Below, in pieces: positions 40,336-49,482 of a stretch of 64,000 bases of DNA (the first letter of the stretch is position 1; each line of letters begins with the position of its first letter). The notes under the pieces were generated by a model. That model did not search any database and had not been told where the DNA came from. It saw nothing but the letters and a program-made list of their open reading frames with translations. The translations under genes and the position numbers were made by a program. This stretch comes from a virus: positions 64,001-128,000 of IMG/VR virus record IMGVR_UViG_3300030060_007423. One strand, 5' to 3'.

Positions 40336-40556
40336 TGTGGAAATTATTCAAAGACGAAAATGATATAAACGAAAAAGCTATTGTTGGCTTTGCATCTTTT
40401 ATCTTAATGGTATTATTTGCAATTTGTGATTTAATTACTGGATGGTGTGGTATGGAACTTGTAATAAATGAAGTAATATATAATTCATTTGTTATTGTAA
40501 CATTAGGTAGCTTTGGTATAAGTTCAATAGAAAAAATCAAAGGCAATGGAAAGTAA
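40335..40556 (+). CDS. small two-TM membrane protein (holin-like)
   Basis: Two TM segments, charged termini. Confidence 0.6.
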   Translation: MWKLFKDENDINEKAIVGFASFILMVLFAICDLITGWCGMELVINEVIYNSFVIVTLGSFGISSIEKIKGNGK

Positions 40557-40942
40557 TGATTAAATTAACAGATATACTATTTGAGTATGTAACAAAGAGT
40601 GACATGCGTAGTATTGAAAACTATGCAGATAAACTTTTTGCAGCAGCAGGTATTGATGTTGATTTTACACGTCACTTTAGACAACGTGTTAATGATGAAA
40701 GAAATATAAAACCAATTACAGCAGCAGAACTAATAGGTGTATTTAAGAGGACATGGAAGAAGTACGGAAAAAAACTACCAGAATTAACGGCAAATGCTGA
40801 AGCTGTAATAAAAGACATGAGAAGTGATATAAATATGCCATTTGTATTTACACAAGATAAAGGTGGCGAATTGGATTTAATTGCTAAAACCATAATGAGA
40901 AAGAAAAACTTTCGAACAACAAATAAAGTATTGGATATATAA
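40556..40942 (+). CDS. putative internal virion protein (MIKLTDILFE), possible RNase-toxin-like domain
   Basis: Shared N-terminal motif; FTRHF..R…KTIMRK. Confidence 0.55.
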   Translation: MIKLTDILFEYVTKSDMRSIENYADKLFAAAGIDVDFTRHFRQRVNDERNIKPITAAELIGVFKRTWKKYGKKLPELTANAEAVIKDMRSDINMPFVFTQDKGGELDLIAKTIMRKKNFRTTNKVLDI

Positions 40943-40944
40943 TT

Positions 40945-41418
40945 ATGACAAAATTTAATGACGCAAAATGGAGAAGAGAAATATTAGAAGGTAAGCACCA
41001 ATTAAACGAGTTTACTGAATATGGTTTTGACCCTAGAGAAATGCACCAGAGAAATTCTGAAAACCCACAAAAAGTTGTAAGTGCATTAAAGAAAGCAGGC
41101 TTTTCAAAAATAAACCTTGGTAAAGCTCAAAAACAAGTAAGAAGTTTGGATATGAATAAAACTCGAGGCGTTATGTTTGTTCATGTACAATATCACGTTA
41201 TTGAAGGAAAGGACGGAAAGAAATACTTTATACATCAATCACAATATCATCATAGAGATTTTGGAACAGGTGGTGTAAATCTAACAGCAGTGTATGTAGA
41301 GGAGAGACCTAACTATCCAGATAAAGGTGGTGAAAAAGAAATAGGAAGAGCAGTTTTTCTTAAAGATGATTTCTTAGACGGTTTGAAAAAAGTTAATGTA
41401 TTGAAACGGGCTTCATGA
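40945..41418 (+). CDS. hypothetical protein (…EILE…QLNE leader)
   Basis: 157 aa ORF in the array. Confidence 0.6.
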   Translation: MTKFNDAKWRREILEGKHQLNEFTEYGFDPREMHQRNSENPQKVVSALKKAGFSKINLGKAQKQVRSLDMNKTRGVMFVHVQYHVIEGKDGKKYFIHQSQYHHRDFGTGGVNLTAVYVEERPNYPDKGGEKEIGRAVFLKDDFLDGLKKVNVLKRAS

Positions 41419-42116
41419 TTAAACTTGTTGACATATTAACAGAAGGTGTATATGACCCAGGTATATTTAAGGCTGTGTTCACAGCTGGTGGACCTGGTAG
41501 TGGAAAGTCATATGTTGCATCTACATTATTTGGTATGCCAGAAAAAATGCCATTTGTTTCTGCAAAGGGACTAAAATCTGTTAATAGTGACAAGTACTTT
41601 GAAACATATTTGAAAATGAGTGGACTATCTCAAGATATTGCAAAGATGACACCAGCAGAATATGAACAAGCTATGGAAATAAGAAAGAAGAGTAAAAAAG
41701 TTAGAGATGCTGCTCTTAAGAATTATATAAATGGAAGACTTGGTTTGCTAATTGATGGAACTGGAAAAGATTATTCAAAAATAGCAAAACAAAAAAGTAG
41801 ATTGGAATCTGTTGGCTATGATTGTTTCATGGTGTTTGTAAATACAGATTTAGAAGTTGCACTTAAAAGAAACCAAAAACGTGAAAGAAAAGTACCAACT
41901 GATGTTGTAAAGAAAGGTTGGTCAGATGTACAAAGTAATGTTGGAAAGTTTCAAAGTTTATTTGGTGCAAGCAATATGTTAATTGTAGATAATAGTGAAT
42001 ATAAAGACTTTGGAAAAATTGTTAAGCGTGGTGCAAATTCATTTATTTCTAGACCTTTACAAAATCCAAAAGCAAAGGCATGGATTAAAAAAGAATTGGA
42101 GTTGAGAAAATCATGA
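41415..42116 (+). CDS. P-loop kinase, zeta-toxin/AAA_33-like, with MIKLVDILTE leader
   Basis: GGPGSGKS, VNSD, IDGTG, A..RN..R.R. Confidence 0.8.
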   Translation: MIKLVDILTEGVYDPGIFKAVFTAGGPGSGKSYVASTLFGMPEKMPFVSAKGLKSVNSDKYFETYLKMSGLSQDIAKMTPAEYEQAMEIRKKSKKVRDAALKNYINGRLGLLIDGTGKDYSKIAKQKSRLESVGYDCFMVFVNTDLEVALKRNQKRERKVPTDVVKKGWSDVQSNVGKFQSLFGASNMLIVDNSEYKDFGKIVKRGANSFISRPLQNPKAKAWIKKELELRKS

Positions 42117-43456
42117 GTAAATTATTAAATGAAATTAAAAATATGATACACCAAGAATTGAATGAAATCAGAAAAGGTGATTATGTTGATTCAATGGGTG
42201 AAGTTGGATTAGTTAATAAGGTTAAAGGTCAAGTGGCATATGTTAAATTTCCATCAAAGCCAGGAAGCTTTCATCCTATATTGGCCTCATCTCTAAAAAA
42301 AGCTGGTAAACATAAAGGTAAAGACTTATATTCAGAAGGCAAATTAAATGAAAATGTTAGAATGCCAGCAAAGGATTGGATAAACATTAGATTAGTACAA
42401 ATGCTACTTAAATCTGGTGACTTAAAGAAATACAAATCAGTATTACAAAAAGCTCAAGGACAAGATGGCAAAAAAGCTATTGACATGATATATAAAAAAA
42501 TCGTATTACCTTTACATAAAGCTATGAAAATAGACCCAACTAAAGTAAAAGATTTACGAAGTTATATAGCTAAGTATGGTGAAGATAAATTTACAGATGC
42601 TTGGAATAAACTTTATAAACAGGGTGTAAGTGGAAGTTATCTCTATGCACTTGCAGGAACTATATTTCAAGGTATGGAAAGATATGATTATGTTTCAAAA
42701 CCACTTGGCTTAACAGAAGCATCTACACCATCATTACCTTCTGAAGTAAAAAGATACATGGAAAAGTTTTTATCAGCAATTAAAGGTGCAAATCTAAATC
42801 GCCAAAAACAAAAAGTTTTATTGGCTGGATTGATAGAGGCATTAGGAATAGACTCTGGTGAATTGATGATGTTAGTAAACAAAATCAAAAAAGGACTTAA
42901 GACTGAAGATAAAGAAGAACAAGATGAAGTTGGATTGCAAATGCCATTCGTAATGGTTTCTTCTGTAGATGAAGGCAAATTAAATGAAAGTATGATTGGT
43001 ATAAAAACTAAAGCAAACTTCAAACCTTTACAACTTAAAGGAGCATTGGAAAGAGCTGGAATTAAAGGTTTTCAGATGAATAGATTATCTGTGACTCTAA
43101 CAGCATTAAAATTAGATAAAAAATACTTTAAGAAAGCTAAAGAGATTGTTGATAAGTTAGGACTTTCTGTTATGATGGCAAAAGAATCTGTAAATGAAGC
43201 TACTAATCTTTGGAAACACTTCGATGCAAAGATGAAATTACAAGATACTATTATGGACCTTGAATATGATATGAAAATGATAACTAAAGATATAGCTCAA
43301 CTTCATAAAGATATGGAACAAGAGGCAGAACCAGAAGGCGGTCCTAAAGCTACTAGATATGGTAGAGACATCGAAAAGAAAGAAAAAGAATACAAAAAGA
43401 AAAAAGCTGAGTTCAAAAAACTTATGGCTAAATTGGATAGAATGGAACAATACTAA
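42113..43456 (+). CDS. multi-module putative internal virion polyprotein
   Basis: Modules separated by EGKLNE (twice), GLTE and ESVNE. Confidence 0.6.
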   Translation: MSKLLNEIKNMIHQELNEIRKGDYVDSMGEVGLVNKVKGQVAYVKFPSKPGSFHPILASSLKKAGKHKGKDLYSEGKLNENVRMPAKDWINIRLVQMLLKSGDLKKYKSVLQKAQGQDGKKAIDMIYKKIVLPLHKAMKIDPTKVKDLRSYIAKYGEDKFTDAWNKLYKQGVSGSYLYALAGTIFQGMERYDYVSKPLGLTEASTPSLPSEVKRYMEKFLSAIKGANLNRQKQKVLLAGLIEALGIDSGELMMLVNKIKKGLKTEDKEEQDEVGLQMPFVMVSSVDEGKLNESMIGIKTKANFKPLQLKGALERAGIKGFQMNRLSVTLTALKLDKKYFKKAKEIVDKLGLSVMMAKESVNEATNLWKHFDAKMKLQDTIMDLEYDMKMITKDIAQLHKDMEQEAEPEGGPKATRYGRDIEKKEKEYKKKKAEFKKLMAKLDRMEQY

Positions 43457-44682
43457 TGATTAGTTTGGTTGACATAGTAAACCTTAATAAATTGGTGTAT
43501 TCAGAAGACATCAAAAAGAAACATTTGGATGTAATAAATAATCCATCTCCTCTTTTTGAAAAATTTGATTTAACACAATGGATGGGAACTCCTCCTCCAC
43601 AAAATGGTAGTAGAACAACATTTAAGGAAATACTTCAGATAGATAGTATTCCAATGGATAGTGAATTTATTCATAGTGGTGATAAAACTATAAAATATTT
43701 TGAAAATTGGTTTATTGAAAATACATGTGGATGTAATCATACATTTCCAAAAGCATATATAAATAAAATAAAAGATGCAACAAGACCTTTAATTCTAAAG
43801 TTAAAATATCATTATAATCGTCCAAGACCTATACAGGTTGCAGAAACACATGGATTAAAGTTTCATGAAGAACCATTGGAGAGTGCAAAAACTCCAGCAT
43901 ATCCAAGTGGACATGCAACACAAGGAATGTTAATAGCTATGGTTCTATCTGAAATGTACCCAGAACATACTGGTGAATTAATGAATTTAGGTACTGATGT
44001 TGCAAACTCAAGAATGGTTGCAAAGGTACATTATCCATCTGACACAAAATTTGGATGTGATTTAGCAAAAGCATTATTTAATCATATTAAACAAAATTCT
44101 AATATGAAAGAAAATATTGTAGAAAATAAAATTGTCAAAACCAAAAAACTTACCCTTAAGAATTTATTATCAGAAAATTATGATTTAGACAATCATCCAA
44201 AAAAGAAATGGATAAAGCAACAACTATCTTCAATAGATAAAAAAATAATGGAGTATTTGTTCAAACAGTACAAAGCAGTTTACTCGGCAGAAGGAATGGA
44301 CTTATCAGCGTTTAGTGCAAGTGAATTACAAAGTAGTTACCAAGTAGTAATGTTGATTGATGTTGACAAAGATCCTATGCCAGATGCATTTATATTTACA
44401 AGAGGTAATCGTGTAAAGTTATTAGCAACTGATGGACAAGGACCAAGTAAAAGTGCTGTAGTTAAAAAAGTTGTTAACATGGTAAAATCAGAAGGATACA
44501 ACTTAGAAGCTAGTAAAAAAATGAATGACATTATGATAGGTAAAGGCGCACCTGTTATAACTGATAAAAATAAAATTGAAAAAATGGTAGGACCAAAATT
44601 TATAAAACACCTTGACAATGGATATTATGAAAGAAAACTTAAAAAAGGTGGTAATGTTGTAAAAAGAATGTATGGGAAATAG
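43456..44682 (+). CDS. PAP2/haloperoxidase-family phosphatase fused to a second domain
   Basis: K…..RPRP, YPSGH, SR…..HYPSD; internal LKNLLSE. Confidence 0.82.
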   Translation: MISLVDIVNLNKLVYSEDIKKKHLDVINNPSPLFEKFDLTQWMGTPPPQNGSRTTFKEILQIDSIPMDSEFIHSGDKTIKYFENWFIENTCGCNHTFPKAYINKIKDATRPLILKLKYHYNRPRPIQVAETHGLKFHEEPLESAKTPAYPSGHATQGMLIAMVLSEMYPEHTGELMNLGTDVANSRMVAKVHYPSDTKFGCDLAKALFNHIKQNSNMKENIVENKIVKTKKLTLKNLLSENYDLDNHPKKKWIKQQLSSIDKKIMEYLFKQYKAVYSAEGMDLSAFSASELQSSYQVVMLIDVDKDPMPDAFIFTRGNRVKLLATDGQGPSKSAVVKKVVNMVKSEGYNLEASKKMNDIMIGKGAPVITDKNKIEKMVGPKFIKHLDNGYYERKLKKGGNVVKRMYGK

Positions 44683-44684
44683 AT

Positions 44685-45962
44685 ATGGCTAAAATAAAAA
44701 AAGGTAGTATTGTAATACCTAAAATCGGTGTACACAAAGGCGAAAAGCACACTGTAATTCATGACTTTGGAAATGGTACATATAATATACAACCAATGGG
44801 ATTTAGAAACAAATACCACTTAGGAGCAGCTGGTGCAAAGGCAAGTGACTTAAAATTGGTTAAAGAAGACAAAGACATTGGCCATCAAGATGATGAACCA
44901 AACATGTTAAAATCCACTGCATTGGAAATAATGGAGTATGGTAAAAAACTTATGGATAAGTTAGATAAGTATGATGATATGGAAGAAGAAGTTGATTTTC
45001 CTAATTGGTGGCAATCAAAGCTTATTATATCAAAAGAATATCTACAAAAAGCTTATCACTATCTAGATTCTGAAGAAAAAACTAAAGAAGATAAAGTAGA
45101 TGAATCAACAGAAACTGATGAGCTAAAAGTATTACTACGTGATTTAATACAGAAAGAAATGGAAGAAAGAGCCGTAGTATCTAAAATACCATCAGCTTAT
45201 GGATATGACGAAGATGTAGCAGGAATATCTGTTAATGGTTCAGATGTTGAAGAATCAACAAAAGAGTATGGTAAATCTCTCAAAAAAATAGCATTGGATA
45301 AACAATTAAAAATGTTATCTAAAAAAGATAAAGAAACATTGTTAAAAATTGCAAAACTAATGGGTAAAGAAAAACTCAAAGAAGTTATTGAAAAAGCCAA
45401 TAAATTAAATGAAGCAAACAAGTACCCAACAGTTTCAAACAAGTTTAAGAACGCATTAGACAGATTACCAGAAAAACATTTTCATAGAAAAGGTGTAAAG
45501 GCATTAATCAAAAAACTAAAAGAAAAAGACCCAGAAGCTGCAATGGCATATACAATGGCCGCATTTGGTTGGATGAAGAATATGAAAGAAGGGTTTGCTA
45601 GTTATGCACAGCAAAAAGCAGCATACGCTAGTGGATACAAAGGCAAAGGAAAGAAAAAAAGAAAAAAAGAATCTATGGCTAGTCACCCAGTTGTTAAACA
45701 AGGATTTGCAATAGGTAAAGCTAGTACTGTTGGTGGTGAGGAAATGTCATCTGCATCTGGAATATCTGATAGTGATGAAGACCCAACAGATAATCATTCT
45801 AAAAAAGTTAAAGAAATTGTAAAAGCTGAACTTAAAAAGGCAGGTCTTGAAGATGATTATAATATTTTAGATGTAATCACATCCTTAGGTTTAGAAAATA
45901 CAAATGAGTCAAAATTTATTAAAGTAGTTAGGGAAGAAATAAATAAACAGTTGGAGTTGTAA
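44685..45962 (+). CDS. multi-module putative internal virion polyprotein
   Basis: Modules (DIGHQDDEP…WWQSK; GFAS..Q.KA) separated by LVKE, VDE, LNE, TNE. Confidence 0.55.
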   Translation: MAKIKKGSIVIPKIGVHKGEKHTVIHDFGNGTYNIQPMGFRNKYHLGAAGAKASDLKLVKEDKDIGHQDDEPNMLKSTALEIMEYGKKLMDKLDKYDDMEEEVDFPNWWQSKLIISKEYLQKAYHYLDSEEKTKEDKVDESTETDELKVLLRDLIQKEMEERAVVSKIPSAYGYDEDVAGISVNGSDVEESTKEYGKSLKKIALDKQLKMLSKKDKETLLKIAKLMGKEKLKEVIEKANKLNEANKYPTVSNKFKNALDRLPEKHFHRKGVKALIKKLKEKDPEAAMAYTMAAFGWMKNMKEGFASYAQQKAAYASGYKGKGKKKRKKESMASHPVVKQGFAIGKASTVGGEEMSSASGISDSDEDPTDNHSKKVKEIVKAELKKAGLEDDYNILDVITSLGLENTNESKFIKVVREEINKQLEL

Positions 45963-46684
45963 TGGTTTTAAGAATGACATTTAGTGGTAGCCAGCAAATC
46001 ATTGAAGAAGTCTGTGAACATTGTGGTGAAAAGATTGAAGATGTACAACACAGTGAAATAATAGTACAGAAAGATACTGACAAGCGAAGATTGAGAATGC
46101 AGGATAGGGATGGACAGAGAAGAGAACTATTTAAGAAGGCAGATAAAATTGCAGGTATAAAGGCATCAGCATCTGCACAAGGAATGTATGATAGAGCTAT
46201 TGATGGAGATGACTTAAAGTATAGTGTACGTGCAGAAAGAATGTGTAGTTCAAGTGATGGCACAACTACTCAATTTTGTTATAGGGTTACAAATCCAAAA
46301 TTTTTAGCAAAGACTAAGGCAGATGGAACAAGTCTTAGTGCTAGTTTTTTTGATCCAAATGAACCATTAATAAACGAAACCGGTTCAAAGGTTGGATTAG
46401 ATAGGCGAGGAAATGTTGTTAGATTAAAAGAGGAAACTAAAGAAGGTGGTAGTAGAAGACAAAAGGGAGCCTTTGGAGTTACTTGGTTTGCAAATTTAGA
46501 TGCTAGGCGACAAAAAACTGTGTTGGAACAATATCGTGGTTGTAGCTACATGTTAAGATTAGGTGCACAACAAGCAAGTGCTGAAGATGTCCCAGGATTT
46601 CAAAAAGGTGAAATGGGTGAAGGATTGGCAACATTTAGATCTTTAGAAGAATTTAAGTTAGCACACAGTAGATACTGTAGTTAA
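45962..46684 (+). CDS. hypothetical protein (N-terminal CEHC)
   Basis: 240 aa, TAATG-coupled. Confidence 0.65.
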   Translation: MVLRMTFSGSQQIIEEVCEHCGEKIEDVQHSEIIVQKDTDKRRLRMQDRDGQRRELFKKADKIAGIKASASAQGMYDRAIDGDDLKYSVRAERMCSSSDGTTTQFCYRVTNPKFLAKTKADGTSLSASFFDPNEPLINETGSKVGLDRRGNVVRLKEETKEGGSRRQKGAFGVTWFANLDARRQKTVLEQYRGCSYMLRLGAQQASAEDVPGFQKGEMGEGLATFRSLEEFKLAHSRYCS

Positions 46685-46696
46685 GAGGAAATAATT

Positions 46697-47029
46697 ATGG
46701 AAAAAATATTATATAGAAATGAAAATTTAAGACTTGAAATATACGAGACGGCTGAACCTATATTGTTTACTGAGGCTGAATATCAAGGTCGTAAAGTTAA
46801 ACTTAACAAGATAATGCAAGGTGATGCAAAAAAGTTTAAGGTATATGTTAAAAATCCAAAGGGAAATGTTGTTAAAGTAAACTTTGGACAAGGTGGTGAT
46901 GCTAAAGGTGGAACTATGCGTATAAGAAAAAATAACCCAAAGGCCCGTAAAAACTTTAGGGCTAGATTTAATTGTGATACACCAGGACCTAAACACAAAG
47001 CAAGGTACTGGGCATGTAGAACTTGGTAG
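46697..47029 (+). CDS. conserved phage protein (DUF6321-like)
   Basis: E-AEYQGRKVKL…KKFKVYV…VKVNFG…FRAR.NC…ARYW.C..W. Confidence 0.7.
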   Translation: MEKILYRNENLRLEIYETAEPILFTEAEYQGRKVKLNKIMQGDAKKFKVYVKNPKGNVVKVNFGQGGDAKGGTMRIRKNNPKARKNFRARFNCDTPGPKHKARYWACRTW

Positions 47030-47038
47030 GAAATTATT

Positions 47039-47734
47039 ATGATAAAACAAACATTAAAAATAATTGAAAGAATTGGTTCAACTACATGGTCTGGGTATAC
47101 AGAAAAAGGTCGCTCATTAGACAATACTGTAGGTGGACAGCCAGCTGGCAAATCTCTTAAGAGACGTGTTGCAGATAATACAGTACCTGACCATGATGGA
47201 AAATCTGCACCGTATGGTTCAGCATATAAAAAAGTAAAAGACTTAGATGAGATGAGTGCAACTGCCAAAAAACATGGTAAGTTTGGTCTTACAAATGTAC
47301 CATTTCCAACTGAAGAACCAAATGAGTTTGCATATTTAGATTTTGTAAAGTATGTTAAGAAAAATGAAAAGAAAATCATGAAAGCATTATCAAATGTTAG
47401 AGGTGAAAGAATGTTTAAGGCAATTGAATCTGTATGGTCTAACTGGGATGATAAAGCAAATAAAGGAGCTTTTTCAAATATTCGTGGTAATAAGTTTGGT
47501 AGAGCATTAGTCTTAATGTTAAGAAAAGACGATTTAGTTTTTCAAAATACTGGAAACAAAATAACTAATCTAAAAGAAAAATATAATATTAGAAAGCAAT
47601 CTTGTACACAATCTGATGGAGACAAAGGAAATACAGTTTTATATTATACAACTAAAAAGGGTAAAAAACGTAGTAATTGTCATACATCAAAAAAGAATGC
47701 AAAAGACCAGATTGCAGCAATAGAGGGACCATAA
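47039..47734 (+). CDS. multi-module putative internal virion protein (MIKQTLKIIE)
   Basis: HDGKSAPYGS module; LDE and LKE linkers. Confidence 0.55.
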   Translation: MIKQTLKIIERIGSTTWSGYTEKGRSLDNTVGGQPAGKSLKRRVADNTVPDHDGKSAPYGSAYKKVKDLDEMSATAKKHGKFGLTNVPFPTEEPNEFAYLDFVKYVKKNEKKIMKALSNVRGERMFKAIESVWSNWDDKANKGAFSNIRGNKFGRALVLMLRKDDLVFQNTGNKITNLKEKYNIRKQSCTQSDGDKGNTVLYYTTKKGKKRSNCHTSKKNAKDQIAAIEGP

Positions 47735-47736
47735 TC

Positions 47737-48273
47737 ATGATAAAGAAAACATTACAACTTTTTGAAGATAAAAAATCATCCAGTGCAGATCCAAAAAAAT
47801 CACCAGAATATTACAAAGGACTTTCTGCAAAAGAAAAGAAAGAAAGATCAAATGTAATTGCACGTAGAAGTAAAATGGACGATGATGACCCAGAAGCATA
47901 TGCAAAATTTAGAAGTGATGCTGGTGAAAAAACTAAACCATCAAAGCATACTAATAAATTCAAACAAATGTTTGGTGAAGAAAAGTGGAATACTCTTAAA
48001 GAAGTATATGAAATGGCAAAAGGCCTAAATGAAATGAGTGCTGCTGTAAAAAAAGCATTAAAGAAAAAAGCTGATAAATCTGGAATGCCTTTAGGTGTAC
48101 TAAAGCAAGTATTTAACAGAGGAATGGCTGCATGGAAAACTGGACATAGACCTGGTGCAAGTCAACAACAGTGGGGATATGCAAGAGTAAATAGTTTTGC
48201 AACAAAAAGTCCAGGTACTTGGGGTAAAGCAGATAAAGATTTAGCTAAAAAGGTTAGAGGAAAAAAGAAATAG
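47737..48273 (+). CDS. DUF5824-like protein with MIKKTLQLFE leader
   Basis: TKPSKHT.KF, L.KKA..SG…L.QVF.RG.AAW.TGHRPG…WG.ARVNSF; ATG 47737. Confidence 0.7.
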   Translation: MIKKTLQLFEDKKSSSADPKKSPEYYKGLSAKEKKERSNVIARRSKMDDDDPEAYAKFRSDAGEKTKPSKHTNKFKQMFGEEKWNTLKEVYEMAKGLNEMSAAVKKALKKKADKSGMPLGVLKQVFNRGMAAWKTGHRPGASQQQWGYARVNSFATKSPGTWGKADKDLAKKVRGKKK

Positions 48274-48965
48274 TGATTAGCCTTAAACAAATATTAGAAG
48301 GTAGCAGTAATACTTCAACATACACAGCCGATAGTGGTGAACCTGATACAGGATTTTTACCAGGTGGAAAGGCAAGACGTCTTGGTATGAGAAAGGGTAA
48401 ACCTGAACCTTGGTTTGAAAATGGAGGATACACACAGGTTGATTTTCCTAAAGGTGATTACATATATGGAAAAAGAACACGAGCCGAATTTAGTGTAAAG
48501 AAACGAAACGTTAGAATGGTTGTAAAATTAAAAGAATCAAATAAACCATTGAACGAAAGATTTATTGTTGAATCATCAAAATCTGAAATTATGGATGTAG
48601 TCAATACAGTATATCCATATATAGTAAAAGATTTAGGTGGAAGAGCCGTAAAGGTTGAAGTACACAACAATATTTACAAAAGACTTGGTGCTGTTGGTGA
48701 AGAAGATTTAATGGTTGATAACAATCCTTATGGTGAATATGATTGGGATAAAAGAAAGATATATCTATACGCATCAGCAATAAAGAATACTGAACAAATA
48801 ATTAGGTCATTACTACATGAACATACCCATACATTACAGAGTAGAAAAAAGTTCAAAGCTGGATATGATAGTGGAAAATATGATTACAAAACTCATCCAT
48901 ATGAAAAAGCTGCAACACAAGCTGAAAGAAATTGGAAAAAATATTTGAAGTACCTAAATGATTAA
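48273..48965 (+). CDS. HExxH zinc metallopeptidase-domain protein with MISLKQILE leader
   Basis: LLHEHTH..Q…Y..HPYE..A; GTG start. Confidence 0.72.
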   Translation: MISLKQILEGSSNTSTYTADSGEPDTGFLPGGKARRLGMRKGKPEPWFENGGYTQVDFPKGDYIYGKRTRAEFSVKKRNVRMVVKLKESNKPLNERFIVESSKSEIMDVVNTVYPYIVKDLGGRAVKVEVHNNIYKRLGAVGEEDLMVDNNPYGEYDWDKRKIYLYASAIKNTEQIIRSLLHEHTHTLQSRKKFKAGYDSGKYDYKTHPYEKAATQAERNWKKYLKYLND

Positions 48966-49479
48966 ACTAAAAGACATATTACATGAAGGTATTACTCTCA
49001 GTATATTTGACTTTGATGATACATTGGCAAAAACTGATAGTTGGATATATGTTATTAAAAATGGACGAGAAGTAAAAAGATTAGACCCGGCACAATTTGC
49101 AACTTATACTCCAAAGGTTGGTGAAACATTTGATTTTAAGGATTTTGATAAAAAACTAAAAAACCCTAAAATCATAAAGAAAAACGTTGATTTATTACGT
49201 AAACAACTAAGTAAAGGTGGCAGGAAAGTGACTATATTAACTGCCAGAAGACTTGGTGCACCCATAAATTCTTTTTTCAAAACTCTAGGTATTCAGCCAT
49301 ACATTGTACCATTAGGTGATGCAAATCCACAAAAGAAAGCAGATTATATAGAAAAGCAAATAAGAAAAGGAAAGTATAATCCTATATACTTTATGGATGA
49401 TAGTCCAAAGAATATCAGAGCAGTTGACTCACTAAAAAAGAAATATCCTAGAATCAAACTAATAACCAAGCTTGTATGA
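48958..49479 (+). CDS. HAD-superfamily phosphatase with MIKLKDILHE leader
   Basis: FDFDDTL, ILTAR, K, FMDDS..N. Confidence 0.82.
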   Translation: MIKLKDILHEGITLSIFDFDDTLAKTDSWIYVIKNGREVKRLDPAQFATYTPKVGETFDFKDFDKKLKNPKIIKKNVDLLRKQLSKGGRKVTILTARRLGAPINSFFKTLGIQPYIVPLGDANPQKKADYIEKQIRKGKYNPIYFMDDSPKNIRAVDSLKKKYPRIKLITKLV

Positions 49480-49482
49480 TAA

